64,000 bases of DNA from an uncultured Gemmatimonadales bacterium (GTDB taxonomy: Bacteria > Gemmatimonadota > Gemmatimonadetes > Longimicrobiales > Longimicrobiaceae): the NCBI GenBank assembly GCA_963716255.1, contig OY970303.1:128001-192000 (forward strand). Direction: 5' to 3'. The position numbers were made by a program, and so were the translations under genes. Shown piece by piece: positions 34,701 to 45,382 of the stretch. The notes beneath the pieces are model-generated. The model had not been told where the DNA came from. It worked only from the letters and a program-made list of their open reading frames with translations, and did not search any database. The stretch's first letter is position 1. The number at the start of each line of letters is the position of its first letter.

Positions 34701-36362
34701 ATGGCCCGCCCGACGCCCGCTCCACGGCTCTTTCTGCGAACTCTAGGCGCACCTGCGCTCCTCGCCGATGCCTCCGAGTCCACGCTGCGGCGCAAGGATC
34801 TCGCACTCCTCGTCTACCTGCGCGTCGAGTCCGCGAGCCCGCACTCCCGCAGCACCCTCGCGTCACTGCTGTGGGCGGAGAACACCGAGCGCGAGGCCAG
34901 GCACTCACTTTCGCAGACGCTGGGGCGGCTGCGGGGAATCGTGGGGAACGACGCTTTCGCGACGTCGCGGGAGCTCGTCGGCTGGGCGGGCAGGCTGTCG
35001 TGCGACGCGGTACGCCTGGAGGAGATCGCGGGGAGCGAGTCCGTGGGCGACGAGATGCTCCGCCTTTACGGGGGCGACTTCATGGCGGGGTTCAGCCCCG
35101 GGACCGGTGGGGGCGACTTCGAGCGGTGGCTGGAGCAGCGCAGGACGGGATGCCGGGACGTGGCCGTACGGCTGCTCGAGCGCTGCGGCGAGGAAGCCGA
35201 GGAGAAGGAGGAGTGGGACGCCGCCCTGCGGCTGGGTGGGCGGCTGGTGGAGATCGACCCGTTCCGGGAGTCGGGGCACCGGCGCATCATGCGCGCCCTG
35301 CACCGAACCGGCGAGCGGGCGCGCGCGCTTCTACACCTGGAGGCGTACGAGAAGCTGCTGGCGGACGAGATCGGGCTGCACCCTCATGGGGACACGCAGC
35401 GGCTCGCACAGGAGATCCGCGAGTCGGCCGCCGCGGACGATCCCGCCCGGGAGCCGCCCTCCAGGAACCTCCCGGTCCCGCCGCTCCTCCCCGAGCCCAC
35501 GCCGCCCGCGCCGCCATCCGCGCCCGACCCGCCGGCCTCGCGTCCGGAGCGATCTCCGCCCGTGATCCCCCTCTCCGAGCCGCCGTCGCTTCCTGCCGAC
35601 GCTCCGGAGTCCGCCCGGCCACACCCACGCCGCCGCCGAGCGCCCACTGTCCTGCTGGGAGCGGCCGCGATCGCCGGGCTGATCGCGCTGGCCTGGTGGC
35701 GCAATTCGGGAACACCGGACGACGGCTTCGAGCTCCCGGCGGTGTTGCCGGAGCCGCACAACGGCGAGAGCATCCGGCCACGAGGGGAGGACAGGACGTT
35801 CCTGGTCTTCGGCCGCACGCTCTACGAGTACCCGGACCGGCCGACCCGGGAGGCGTGCACGGGCTCCGGTCCGGGCGTGGTGCGGGACGTCGACGGAGTC
35901 CCGGGGTGGCCCCACGCACGCCTTCCCTCCATCAGGGAGTATCCGTGGCTCAGCGGACGCGTGCCCCTGGTCTCCGACAACCGGGCGGACATCACCGCGC
36001 ACGTGCTCGTGGGGTGCGTACTCGCGGCGATCCCCAGCCGTGAGGTGTTCACCCGGATCTTCGGAGACGCGGGATGGGAGCGGATGGAGATGGTCTCCGA
36101 CTCGGTGCTGAGGTCCCTCCCCAGGATGACGGTGCTGGCGGCGTATCCCCGTCGCCCCGCGGGGACCCTCATCCGCGGCAGCGGGGGCAAGCTGAAGTGG
36201 GTCGTCTTCTACGAGGGCGCGCTGAGCGTGAGCGGCCCGCGGGTGCTCGAGTCCCACTGCCGGTCGGCGGCCCAGGCGATCCGCGTATCGGACGCGGAGT
36301 TCAGCGCGTACCGGGTCCAGGCGCCGCTGCACCGGGCCGCGTCCGCCTGTGCCCCACGCTGA
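34701..36362 (+). CDS. Membrane-anchored SARP/BTAD transcriptional regulator with extracellular domain
   Basis: LRTLG...LALLVYL...LASLLW winged HTH; BTAD motif DPFRESGHRRIMRAL; Pro-rich linker; TM VLLGAAAIAGLIALAWW; about 200-aa outer domain. Confidence 0.88.
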   Translation: MARPTPAPRLFLRTLGAPALLADASESTLRRKDLALLVYLRVESASPHSRSTLASLLWAENTEREARHSLSQTLGRLRGIVGNDAFATSRELVGWAGRLSCDAVRLEEIAGSESVGDEMLRLYGGDFMAGFSPGTGGGDFERWLEQRRTGCRDVAVRLLERCGEEAEEKEEWDAALRLGGRLVEIDPFRESGHRRIMRALHRTGERARALLHLEAYEKLLADEIGLHPHGDTQRLAQEIRESAAADDPAREPPSRNLPVPPLLPEPTPPAPPSAPDPPASRPERSPPVIPLSEPPSLPADAPESARPHPRRRRAPTVLLGAAAIAGLIALAWWRNSGTPDDGFELPAVLPEPHNGESIRPRGEDRTFLVFGRTLYEYPDRPTREACTGSGPGVVRDVDGVPGWPHARLPSIREYPWLSGRVPLVSDNRADITAHVLVGCVLAAIPSREVFTRIFGDAGWERMEMVSDSVLRSLPRMTVLAAYPRRPAGTLIRGSGGKLKWVVFYEGALSVSGPRVLESHCRSAAQAIRVSDAEFSAYRVQAPLHRAASACAPR

Positions 36363-36463
36363 GCAGGGCGGTGCAAGCGGAGCACGCCGGGCGAACCGGT
36401 TCCCCGGGGCGGGGTACGGGAGGCGGAGATTCTCCTCGCCCGCGCCCATTTGGGCGGCACGGC

Positions 36464-36491
36464 TTGACTTGCGGCCGGGGTCGTTTAGTTT
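36464..36491 (+). promoter_or_regulatory. Putative sigma70 promoter of rpsU
   Basis: TTGACT-N16-TAGTTT in an AT-richer patch upstream of rpsU. Confidence 0.45.
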
Positions 36492-36578
36492 TAAGGGCTG
36501 GAGATTTCCGCACGCGCTCGCCGCGGAGGACCTGTACGCGAACGGCAGGTCTCCTCTTTTATTTACTCTACGAAAGGG

Positions 36579-36797
36579 ATGGACGTGGTCGAGATTCAGC
36601 TCGCCGAGACCGATCGCCTTGACTGGGCGCTCAAGCAGTTCCGCCGCCGGATGATCCGCTCGGGCCTCTTCAAGGACATGCGCCGCAAGCGCTTCTACGA
36701 GAAGCCGAGCGAGGCCCGCAAGGCCAAGGAAAAGGCCGCCGAGCGCCGCCGCCACAAGGACCGGAAGCGCGCCGCGCGCCGCTACGACATCGGTTGA
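36579..36797 (+). CDS. rpsU: 30S ribosomal protein S21
   Basis: ALKQFRR...MRRKRFYEKPSE. Confidence 0.92.
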   Translation: MDVVEIQLAETDRLDWALKQFRRRMIRSGLFKDMRRKRFYEKPSEARKAKEKAAERRRHKDRKRAARRYDIG

Positions 36798-36878
36798 GGC
36801 AAGCCGCGGAAACGAAGAGGCCCGGGCCAATGGCTCGGGCCGTTTCGTGCTGCAGGGCTGAACGGTTTTGTAAATGCG

Positions 36879-37012
36879 GGTTCGGGCGTGCCCCCGGCTG
36901 GCGCCGGGGTCGAGCTTCGGCTCCGTAGGGCTGCAAACAACGCAGCCCAACGGAGTCGAGCCCCCGCAGACTGCGCGGGGTCTCGCCCCTTCGGGCCGAA
37001 ATCCCTCACGCG
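36879..37012 (+). repeat. ~135-bp structured repeat, copy 5
   Basis: Variable stem GGGCTGC-AAACAAC-GCAGCCC. Confidence 0.95.
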
Positions 37013-37030
37013 AGGCCGCCTCCCTCCTGC

Positions 37031-37264
37031 CTACTCCCCGTCCTCCGCGCCCTCCTCCACCTCCCCCGCCCCGCCGGCGTCCCCGCGGTCCGCGAGCCGC
37101 AGCGCCAGCCCCGCCACCAGCACGGCCACCGCCACCAGCACCGCCCAGTCCCGGCCCGTCAGCACGCCCCCGACGAAGAAGCCCGCGCCCAGGAAGAACG
37201 CCGCCATCTTGGCGTACAGGAAGCGGTCCGGGCCGGAGCGCCGGCGGCGGGAGGCGCCCAGCAC
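37031..37264 (-). CDS. Small two-TM membrane protein
   Basis: Abuts the upstream stop; two hydrophobic helices and an acidic tail. Confidence 0.55.
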   Translation of the reverse strand: MLGASRRRRSGPDRFLYAKMAAFFLGAGFFVGGVLTGRDWAVLVAVAVLVAGLALRLADRGDAGGAGEVEEGAEDGE

Positions 37265-38038
37265 CTAGCGCGCTCCTTCCAGGAAGCGGCGCACGCCCGC
37301 CTGCATGTCGTCGGTCATGCGCGCGAGCACGTTGAGGTCGGCGCCGGCGCGGACGGCGGCCTCAAAGCCCATGGCGTCCGAGTGGTACAGGAGCCGCTTG
37401 GTGAGCTGCACCGCGGAGGGGCTGCGCTCCGCCAGCTCGGCCAGCAGGGCGTCGGCCTCGGCGGCGAAGGCGTCGTCCGCGACCACGCGGTTGACCAGCC
37501 CGATCCGCTCCGCCTCCGCCGCGGCGATGGGCTGGGCGCGCACGAGGAGATCGAAGGCGCGCTTCTCGGACACGTTGCGGCGCAGGATGGCCATCACCAT
37601 CGCCGGCACGAAGCCGATGCGCACCTCCGGGTAGCCGAACTGCGCGCCCTCGGCCGCGAGCACCAGGTCGCAGGCGGTCGCCAGGCCGCACCCGCCGGCC
37701 AGCGCGCGCCCGCGCACCAGCGCCACCACGGGCTTGCGCATGCGCCGCGGCAGGAGGAACAGCTCCGCCAGCCCCTCCACGTCGTCCAGGTTCTCCATCA
37801 CCCCGCCCTCGGCGATGGTGCGGAGCGCGGAAAGGTCCGCGCCGGAGCAGAAGTCCCTGCCCGCCCCTTCCACCGCCACCACCCGCACCTCGGGGTCGTC
37901 GTCCGCCGCGCGCAGCTCCGCCTTGAGCGCGGCGATCAGCGCGGCGTCCAGCGCGTTGCGCTTGTCCGGCCGGTTCAGCGTGAGCCGCGCGACGCCGCCC
38001 TCGCGCCGGACGAGAAGGACCTCCCCCCCGGCCGTCAC
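37265..38038 (-). CDS. Enoyl-CoA hydratase/isomerase (methylglutaconyl-CoA hydratase-like)
   Basis: Motifs LNRPDKRNAL, FCSGADL, ALAGGCGL and YPEVRIG; GTGA overlap. Confidence 0.9.
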   Translation of the reverse strand: MTAGGEVLLVRREGGVARLTLNRPDKRNALDAALIAALKAELRAADDDPEVRVVAVEGAGRDFCSGADLSALRTIAEGGVMENLDDVEGLAELFLLPRRMRKPVVALVRGRALAGGCGLATACDLVLAAEGAQFGYPEVRIGFVPAMVMAILRRNVSEKRAFDLLVRAQPIAAAEAERIGLVNRVVADDAFAAEADALLAELAERSPSAVQLTKRLLYHSDAMGFEAAVRAGADLNVLARMTDDMQAGVRRFLEGAR

Positions 38039-38397
38039 GCCACCGCCCCGGCCTCGCGGAGCGCCCGCTCCGCCAGCTCGTCCGGCACCTCCACCTCCAT
38101 GCGCAGGATGGCGGTGGAAAGCACCTTTCCCTGCGCGTCGGTCTTCAGCGACACGGTGCCGCCGCCGCCCAGCGCGTTGTGAAGGAGGAAGTTGAGCGCC
38201 TCCAGGTTGGGCAGCTCGAAGCGCTCCACGTCGCCGTGGACGATCCCCGCGAAGTGCTGCTTGACCCGCTCGGTGGTCAGCTGCTCCACCAGCACCGGGT
38301 AGTACTCCGGCCGCAGGGCGATCACCCCCACGTTGGCAGTGTCGCCCTTGTCTCCGGAGCGCGCGTGCGCGAGGTGCAGCAGAAGGACTCGTGCCAT
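38035..38397 (-). CDS. AtuA-related small protein
   Basis: LAHARSGDKGD...LGGGGTVSLKTDAQGK. Confidence 0.8.
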   Translation of the reverse strand: MARVLLLHLAHARSGDKGDTANVGVIALRPEYYPVLVEQLTTERVKQHFAGIVHGDVERFELPNLEALNFLLHNALGGGGTVSLKTDAQGKVLSTAILRMEVEVPDELAERALREAGAVA

Positions 38398-38408
38398 GAA
38401 AGACCTGG

Positions 38409-38460
38409 AGGGAACAGGGAACAGGGTTTATCGGTTCACGCGAAGCGTGAAGCGCCACAG
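38409..38460. repeat. (CAGGGAA)n plus GCGAAGC hairpin module, copy A
   Basis: AGGGAACAGGGAACAGGG followed by CGGTTCACGCGAAGCGTGAAGCGCCACAG, also present at 57562-57590. Confidence 0.8.
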
Positions 38461-38689
38461 GAAACAGCCTGCCACGACGGTGCGTTCCGGCGGGCTCCGT
38501 GTTCAGGGTCGGCCGGGGAAGGCTCCTCCGCCGGTGCGACACCCGAAGGGACTCGCAGAGCACTCGCCCACCGCCCGAGCAAGGGCAGGATCACGCTGGC
38601 TTCGAACAAACGCACCCCCCGCGGACCCTCCCCCGACCTCCCGGCGCAGTTCCCAGAACGGAAACGGCCACGGCCGTGTCGTCGCTGTT

Positions 38690-38735
38690 CTCCCCCTCTC
38701 CCGCTTGCGGGGGAGGGGGCCGGGGGGAGGGGGCC
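38690..38735. repeat. CCCCTCTCCC-type palindromic repeat, copy A
   Basis: CTCCCCCTCTCCCGCTTGCGGGGGAGGGGGCCGGGGGGAGGGGGCC, identical at 57793-57838. Confidence 0.8.
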
Positions 38736-38738
38736 TCC

Positions 38739-38872
38739 CGCGTGAGGGATTCCGGCCCGAAGGGGCGAGACCCCGCGCAGTTTGCGGGGGCTCGACTCCG
38801 TTGGGCTGCGTTGTTTGCAGCCCTACGGAGCCGAAGCCCGACCCCGGCGCCAGCCGGGGGCACGCCCGAACC
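38739..38872 (-). repeat. ~135-bp structured repeat, copy 6
   Basis: Reverse complement of the consensus, just downstream of guaB. Confidence 0.95.
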
Positions 38873-38900
38873 CGCAGTTAATAAGCCGTTCAAGAAGCCG

Positions 38901-40527
<1,627 letters not shown>

Positions 40528-40555
40528 CGCCGCGCCCCCGCCGCCCTCCCGCCTC

Positions 40556-41083
40556 CTATCCGCGCTGCCCCAGCAGGCTGCGGATCCCCGCCGGGAGGAA
40601 GGAGCCGGCGCGGTCCAGCGCCGCCAGCGCGGCCTCCAGGCTTTCCGGGTCGCCGTCCCAGTGGTCCAGCAGGACGTCGATGCCGGCGTTGTTGAGCAGC
40701 CGGTCCAGCGCCAGCGCGATCAGGTACACGTCGTCCACCTGCCCGATGACCGGGAGGTCCGGGAGCAGGTCCACCGGCAAGATCATGTAGCCCAGCGCGG
40801 CCAGGACGATGGCCTTGTCCAGCCGGGACACCCGCGGGTCCACGGCGAGCCTCCCCAGCAGCTTGGCGAAGCTGGGCAGGTCGCGCAGCACCTGCCGCAG
40901 GGTGTCGCCGCGGCCGCCTCCGCCGCCGCTGCTCCCCGCCTCGCGGTCCCGGCGGAAGCGGCGCAGCCGCGGGGCCGGCACGGGCGGGGTCTCCTCCTGC
41001 TCCTGCGGCTCGTCGCCGTCCTCGTCGTCATCGTCGTCGAGGTCGAAGCGGGAGCGGGGGACGTCGTCTCTGTACCTGGCCAT
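40556..41083 (-). CDS. YkvA/DUF1232 family protein
   Basis: YMILPVDLLPDLPVIGQVDD. Confidence 0.85.
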   Translation of the reverse strand: MARYRDDVPRSRFDLDDDDDEDGDEPQEQEETPPVPAPRLRRFRRDREAGSSGGGGGRGDTLRQVLRDLPSFAKLLGRLAVDPRVSRLDKAIVLAALGYMILPVDLLPDLPVIGQVDDVYLIALALDRLLNNAGIDVLLDHWDGDPESLEAALAALDRAGSFLPAGIRSLLGQRG

Positions 41084-41089
41084 GAACCG

Positions 41090-41521
41090 TCAGGGGTTGC
41101 GGGGATCCGGCGCGGCCCCGCCCTCGGCGGGGCGGGGTCCGGAGGTGTCGCGGGGGAGGGCGGGCCGGCTCCCCGCCGGGTCCGCGCCCGTGCTGCCGGG
41201 CGCGGCCGGGGCGGCGACGCTCTTCACCCCTTCCTCCACCTCGCGCATCAGCGAGCGTCCCGCCTCCGCCAGCCCGGAGAAGACCCGGTCCGCGGTCCCC
41301 ACGGCGCCCAGGGTGCCGCGGATGGTGCGGATGGTCAGCCCCTGCCCGCGCATCTTGTCCTCCAGCAGCTCGCCGAACTTCTGCAGCGAGGAGGGGGACC
41401 GCGCGGTCTCGCGGGCGTACTTGGAGGCGAGGAACTCCACGTAGTCGAGCGCGTGGTACAGCTGCTCCTCGGGAAGCGCCTCGATGTGGCGCATGAGGCG
41501 TTGGCGGAGCACGTCGTGCAT
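41090..41521 (-). CDS. Hypothetical protein (DUF2281-like N-terminus)
   Basis: ATG 41521 after a GGAGG RBS; IEALPEEQLYHALDYVEFL. Confidence 0.7.
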   Translation of the reverse strand: MHDVLRQRLMRHIEALPEEQLYHALDYVEFLASKYARETARSPSSLQKFGELLEDKMRGQGLTIRTIRGTLGAVGTADRVFSGLAEAGRSLMREVEEGVKSVAAPAAPGSTGADPAGSRPALPRDTSGPRPAEGGAAPDPRNP

Positions 41522-41782
41522 CGGTGTATCCTCCGTGAAGCGGGACCCGGGACGCGCAGAAACCATGCCGGGCACGGGCGCGCGGGTCCCCGGTGCAATC
41601 TGGACGCCGGGGGCGCCCCCCGCAACGTGCGGGCGCGGCGCACCCCCTGGTACGCGCGCCGGCGCCGCGTTGTTTCCCGGGCGGCCGGCGCATCCGCTCC
41701 GCGATTGACGCCGCCGTGCCGCGGGGCCAAGTTTCCCCCCTGGAGAGCGGTTCCGACGTCCACCCCGGTCCGGACTACGCAC

Positions 41783-42607
41783 GTGCCCTACCTTCCCCTT
41801 CGCCCCCTGGAGCCCGCGGCCGGGTCCGTGGAGCTGTACGACGCCTGGCTCGAGGAGCTGGGCGAAGCGCTGGAGCGCGGCGACGACCGGTGGGAGCTGT
41901 GCCGGCGCACGCTCACGGAGATCTTTCACCCACACCTCGTGGGCGCCGACCCGGCGAGCCTCCCCGTGGGCGCGCGCGCGGCGCTGGCGCAGATGGACGC
42001 GCGAAACGTCACGCTGGAGCCCGAATACTACGCCGAGTGCGACGACGCGCTCTTCCAGCCGCGCAAGCCGCTGATCTGGATGTGGCAGATGTTCGACCGC
42101 TCCCCGCTGGGCGGCAACGTCCACCTGGGGGTGCGCTTCCGCCGCCTGCTCGCGCCGCACATCTTCCGGCGGGTGGGGCGCAACTTCAAGGCCTTCCACT
42201 TCGTGGAGTTCTCCTTCGGGTACAACCTGGAGGTGGGCGACGACGTGGTGGTGCACCGCAACGTGCTGCTGGACGACCGCGGCGGGATCGTGCTGGGCGA
42301 CCGCGTGTCCATCTCGGACTACGCCAACATCTACTCGCACACGCACGACATCGTGGACCAGGCCAACGTGACCAACGCCGTCACCACCATCGGTGAGGGG
42401 GTGCGGATCACCTACCACGCCACGGTGCTGGCGGGGACCACGGTGGGGGAGAACGGGATGGTGGGGGCCATGGCGCTGGCGACCAAGGACGTGCGCCCCT
42501 ACCACGTCAACGTGGGCATCCCCGCCAAGTCGGTGCGGGTCAAGCCGAACGCGCCCCCCGAGGCGTACAAGACCACCCTCTGCGGCCCCGGCGCGGGAGA
42601 GGGGTGA
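41783..42607 (+). CDS. Hexapeptide-repeat (LbH) acyltransferase
   Basis: VGDDVVVHRNVLLD, LGDRVSISDYANIYSHTH and VGIPAK motifs; GTG start. Confidence 0.85.
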   Translation: MPYLPLRPLEPAAGSVELYDAWLEELGEALERGDDRWELCRRTLTEIFHPHLVGADPASLPVGARAALAQMDARNVTLEPEYYAECDDALFQPRKPLIWMWQMFDRSPLGGNVHLGVRFRRLLAPHIFRRVGRNFKAFHFVEFSFGYNLEVGDDVVVHRNVLLDDRGGIVLGDRVSISDYANIYSHTHDIVDQANVTNAVTTIGEGVRITYHATVLAGTTVGENGMVGAMALATKDVRPYHVNVGIPAKSVRVKPNAPPEAYKTTLCGPGAGEG

Positions 42608-42679
42608 CGGCGGGGCCCGCGCGTGCGCGGGCCCCGCTCTTCTTTTTCACGGCAACGAGCTAACTGAAGGGATAGAAAG

Positions 42680-43846
42680 ATGGAGACCAGCGTGCTCGCC
42701 GGCGTCCCCGTGGAGGTGACCGACCCCGTCAACTCCCGGATCCTGGAGGTGTCCGAGGACCGGGTCCAGGGCTTCGTCGCGGAGCCCTTCGCGGAGATCG
42801 CCCGCCTGTCCGGCGTGGAGCTCGCCACGGTGCTGGAGCGGATCCGCGCCATGCTCGCCGCGGGGACCATCCGCCGCGTCCGCCAGACGCTGCTCGCCAC
42901 CAACCTGGCGCCCGGCGCGCTGGTGGCGTGGCAGGTGCCGCAGGAGCGGCTGGACGACGCCTTCACCTACATGTTCCGCGAGGACCCCTTCTCCGGGCAC
43001 GTGGTGATCCGCTCCACCGACGCGGAGACGCGCGGCAGCAAGTACCGCCTGTGGACCACCGTCAAGGTGCCGCAGGGCTTCTCGCTGGCGCGGCACTGCG
43101 AGGTGCTCGGGGCCAGGGTGGGGGCGGAATCGTTCAAGCTGCTCCCGGCGAAGGCGCTCTTCACGCTGGGCGTGGGGCACGTGCGCCGCCGCGGCATGGA
43201 GCCGGGGAGCCGCACCGACGCCCCCGGCGACGTGGTGGACACGCGCATCGTGGAGCTGGACGACCTCGAGTGGCAGGTGCTGGTGCCGCTGAAGCGCGAG
43301 TTCCGGGTGGAGGAGATCCACGAGAACCCCTGGGCGGCGCGGGCGGCGGAGGCCGGCGTGCCGCTGGACGAGTTCCTGCGCGTGGCGCGCTCCCTGAACG
43401 AGCGCGGCGTCATCGGCCGCTTCTCCACCTTCCTGGAGCACGTGAAGCCCTCCGCCACCGGGCACCGGGTGACGCGCTACAACGCGCTCTTCCACTGGCG
43501 CGTGCCGGCCGGGCGCGAGATGGAGGCGGGGATGGAGGTGGCGCGGCACCACGTGATGACGCACGCCTACTGGCGCGAGGGCGGGCCGGAGTTCGCCGGG
43601 GTCAACATCATGGGCGTGGCGCACGGCACCGAGAAGGAGATGGTGCTCGCCCACAAGGAGGCCATCGACCGGCACCTGGAAGAGGCGGGGATCCCGGTGG
43701 ACTACACCAACGTCTTCTGGGGCGGGCGCAGCGAGATCAAGCCGTCCGAGATCGCGCCCTCCGAATACCTGAAGTGGTGTGAGCGGGTGGAGGTGGACCC
43801 GGAGTCCATGCGGGTGCGTGCCGACGAGACGATCGCGAGTGCGTGA
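42680..43846 (+). CDS. Lrp/AsnC-fold fusion, siroheme decarboxylase AhbA/AhbB (NirDL)-like
   Basis: Two HTH+ferredoxin-like units: EPFAEIARLSG...GTIRR...LVAWQVP and NPWAARAAEAG...GVIGRF...THAYWR. Confidence 0.75.
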   Translation: METSVLAGVPVEVTDPVNSRILEVSEDRVQGFVAEPFAEIARLSGVELATVLERIRAMLAAGTIRRVRQTLLATNLAPGALVAWQVPQERLDDAFTYMFREDPFSGHVVIRSTDAETRGSKYRLWTTVKVPQGFSLARHCEVLGARVGAESFKLLPAKALFTLGVGHVRRRGMEPGSRTDAPGDVVDTRIVELDDLEWQVLVPLKREFRVEEIHENPWAARAAEAGVPLDEFLRVARSLNERGVIGRFSTFLEHVKPSATGHRVTRYNALFHWRVPAGREMEAGMEVARHHVMTHAYWREGGPEFAGVNIMGVAHGTEKEMVLAHKEAIDRHLEEAGIPVDYTNVFWGGRSEIKPSEIAPSEYLKWCERVEVDPESMRVRADETIASA

Positions 43847-43858
43847 ATTTTGACTGCG

Positions 43859-43992
43859 GGGCTGGGCGTGCCCCCGGCTGGCGCCGGGGTCGGGCTTCGG
43901 CTCCGTAACGCACGAAACAACCGTGCGTAACGGAGTCGAGCCCCGGCAAACTGCCGCCGGGTCTCGCCCCTTCGGGCCGTAATCCCTCACGC
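43859..43992 (+). repeat. ~135-bp structured repeat, copy 7
   Basis: Variable stem ACGCACG-AAACAAC-CGTGCGT. Confidence 0.95.
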
Positions 43993-44107
43993 TGGGCTCG
44001 CGCTGACGTCCTCGGGGTCCCCGCCGTCGTATCTACGCCGCCTCCGGCGGCTTGCCGCGCCGGGCCTCGGGGTCCGGAGCTTCCCACACCCCTGCCTTCC
44101 CGCCGCC

Positions 44108-44860
44108 ATGCGCCGTGCTGCTCTCTCCCTGGTCCTGCTGCTGGGGTGCGCCGCCTGCGCTCCGGCTGCCGTCGCCCCCTCCGCGGCGCTGGACGCGCCG
44201 GAGCGCGTACTGGCGCGCGCCATCGAGCAGGCGGGGGGCGCGGCGGCGCTGGAGCGCGCCACCGCGCTGCTCTGGGAGGGCGACGCCACGGTGCACGCGG
44301 GCGGGCGCACGGTATCCATCACCGGGCGGTGGGCCGTACAGCCGCCCGACACCGCGGTGGTCTCCACCTGGGAGGCGAGCCGCGGGCCGGAAGCGGTGCG
44401 GCACCTGGTGGTAGCGCAGCCGCGCGGGTGGACGGTCCGGGGAAGCGCGTTCACGCCCATGCCCGCCCCCCTGCTCGCCAGCGAGCGCGAGGAATTCTAC
44501 CTGTACTCGGTGATGCGCCTGGTCCCGCTGCGCGATCCGGGTGTCACGCTCACCGCGGTCCCCGCCGACTCGCTGGGGCAGCGGGGGATCCGCGCGAGCC
44601 GCGCCGGACGGCCGGACGCCGAGCTGTTCGTGGACGGCGCCGGCCGGCTGGCGCACGTACGGATGGTGCTCCCCGACGGGGAAGCCGGCGCGCCCGTGCG
44701 GCAGGACGTGTGGCTGGAAGGCAGCATCGAGGCGGAGGGCGTGCGCTGGCCCCGCAGCATCCGCATCACGCAGGACGGCGCGCCCTTCTTCGACCTTGCG
44801 CTGCGCTCCCTGCGCGTGCAGCGGACCGTGAGCGACCCGCTGCTCGCCGGGCCGCGCTGA
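44108..44860 (+). CDS. Hypothetical exported protein/lipoprotein
   Basis: Signal/lipobox LLLGCAAC; VLARAIEQAGGAAAL motif; beta-rich body. Confidence 0.7.
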   Translation: MRRAALSLVLLLGCAACAPAAVAPSAALDAPERVLARAIEQAGGAAALERATALLWEGDATVHAGGRTVSITGRWAVQPPDTAVVSTWEASRGPEAVRHLVVAQPRGWTVRGSAFTPMPAPLLASEREEFYLYSVMRLVPLRDPGVTLTAVPADSLGQRGIRASRAGRPDAELFVDGAGRLAHVRMVLPDGEAGAPVRQDVWLEGSIEAEGVRWPRSIRITQDGAPFFDLALRSLRVQRTVSDPLLAGPR

Positions 44861-44895
44861 CCGGACGCCGGGAAAGCGACCTGCGGACGCAAAGC

Positions 44896-44927
44896 GGGGC
44901 GGCACCCTCACCGGGCGCCGCCCCTTT
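44896..44927. terminator. Terminator-like hairpin between convergent genes
   Basis: GGGGCGGC...GCCGCCCC followed by TTT, with AAA on the other side. Confidence 0.55.
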
Positions 44928-44931
44928 CGTT

Positions 44932-45330
44932 CTACGTCCCCGGCCCGCTCCGCTCCCCCACCCCGGGCGGCCACCGGCCGGACGGGATGCGGCGCTCCGG
45001 CATCAGCCGGCTCGCGAGCAGCGGGCCGGCCACGTACGTCCAGCACGGCACGCCCTCCACGTCGACCTCCACCCGCTCGAACAGTCCCTCCGCCACGCCC
45101 TCGTACTCGTCCAGCCGGGTGAGCGCGTCCGCCGGGCAGCGCCACACCTCCCCTTCCACGGGCCCGCGGCCGTCCAGCACGAGCGCCGGGTAGCGGCCCA
45201 GGTCGTACAGCGTCCCCGCGACCGTGCCCGGGCCCACCCGCCGGCCATCGCGCAGCAGCCCCGCCGCGCCTCCGCCGCTGCGCAGCGTACCGTAGACGAA
45301 CAGGCGGACCGCGGGCGGGTCGCCCGTCAT
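44932..45330 (-). CDS. Gamma-glutamylcyclotransferase family protein
   Basis: Motifs LFVYGTLR, LYDLGRYPAL and LDEYEG. Confidence 0.88.
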   Translation of the reverse strand: MTGDPPAVRLFVYGTLRSGGGAAGLLRDGRRVGPGTVAGTLYDLGRYPALVLDGRGPVEGEVWRCPADALTRLDEYEGVAEGLFERVEVDVEGVPCWTYVAGPLLASRLMPERRIPSGRWPPGVGERSGPGT

Positions 45331-45382
45331 CGCCGTGGTCCGTCCGCGACCGTGAGCGGTCGCCCTTCCGGGACCGGGCGCC

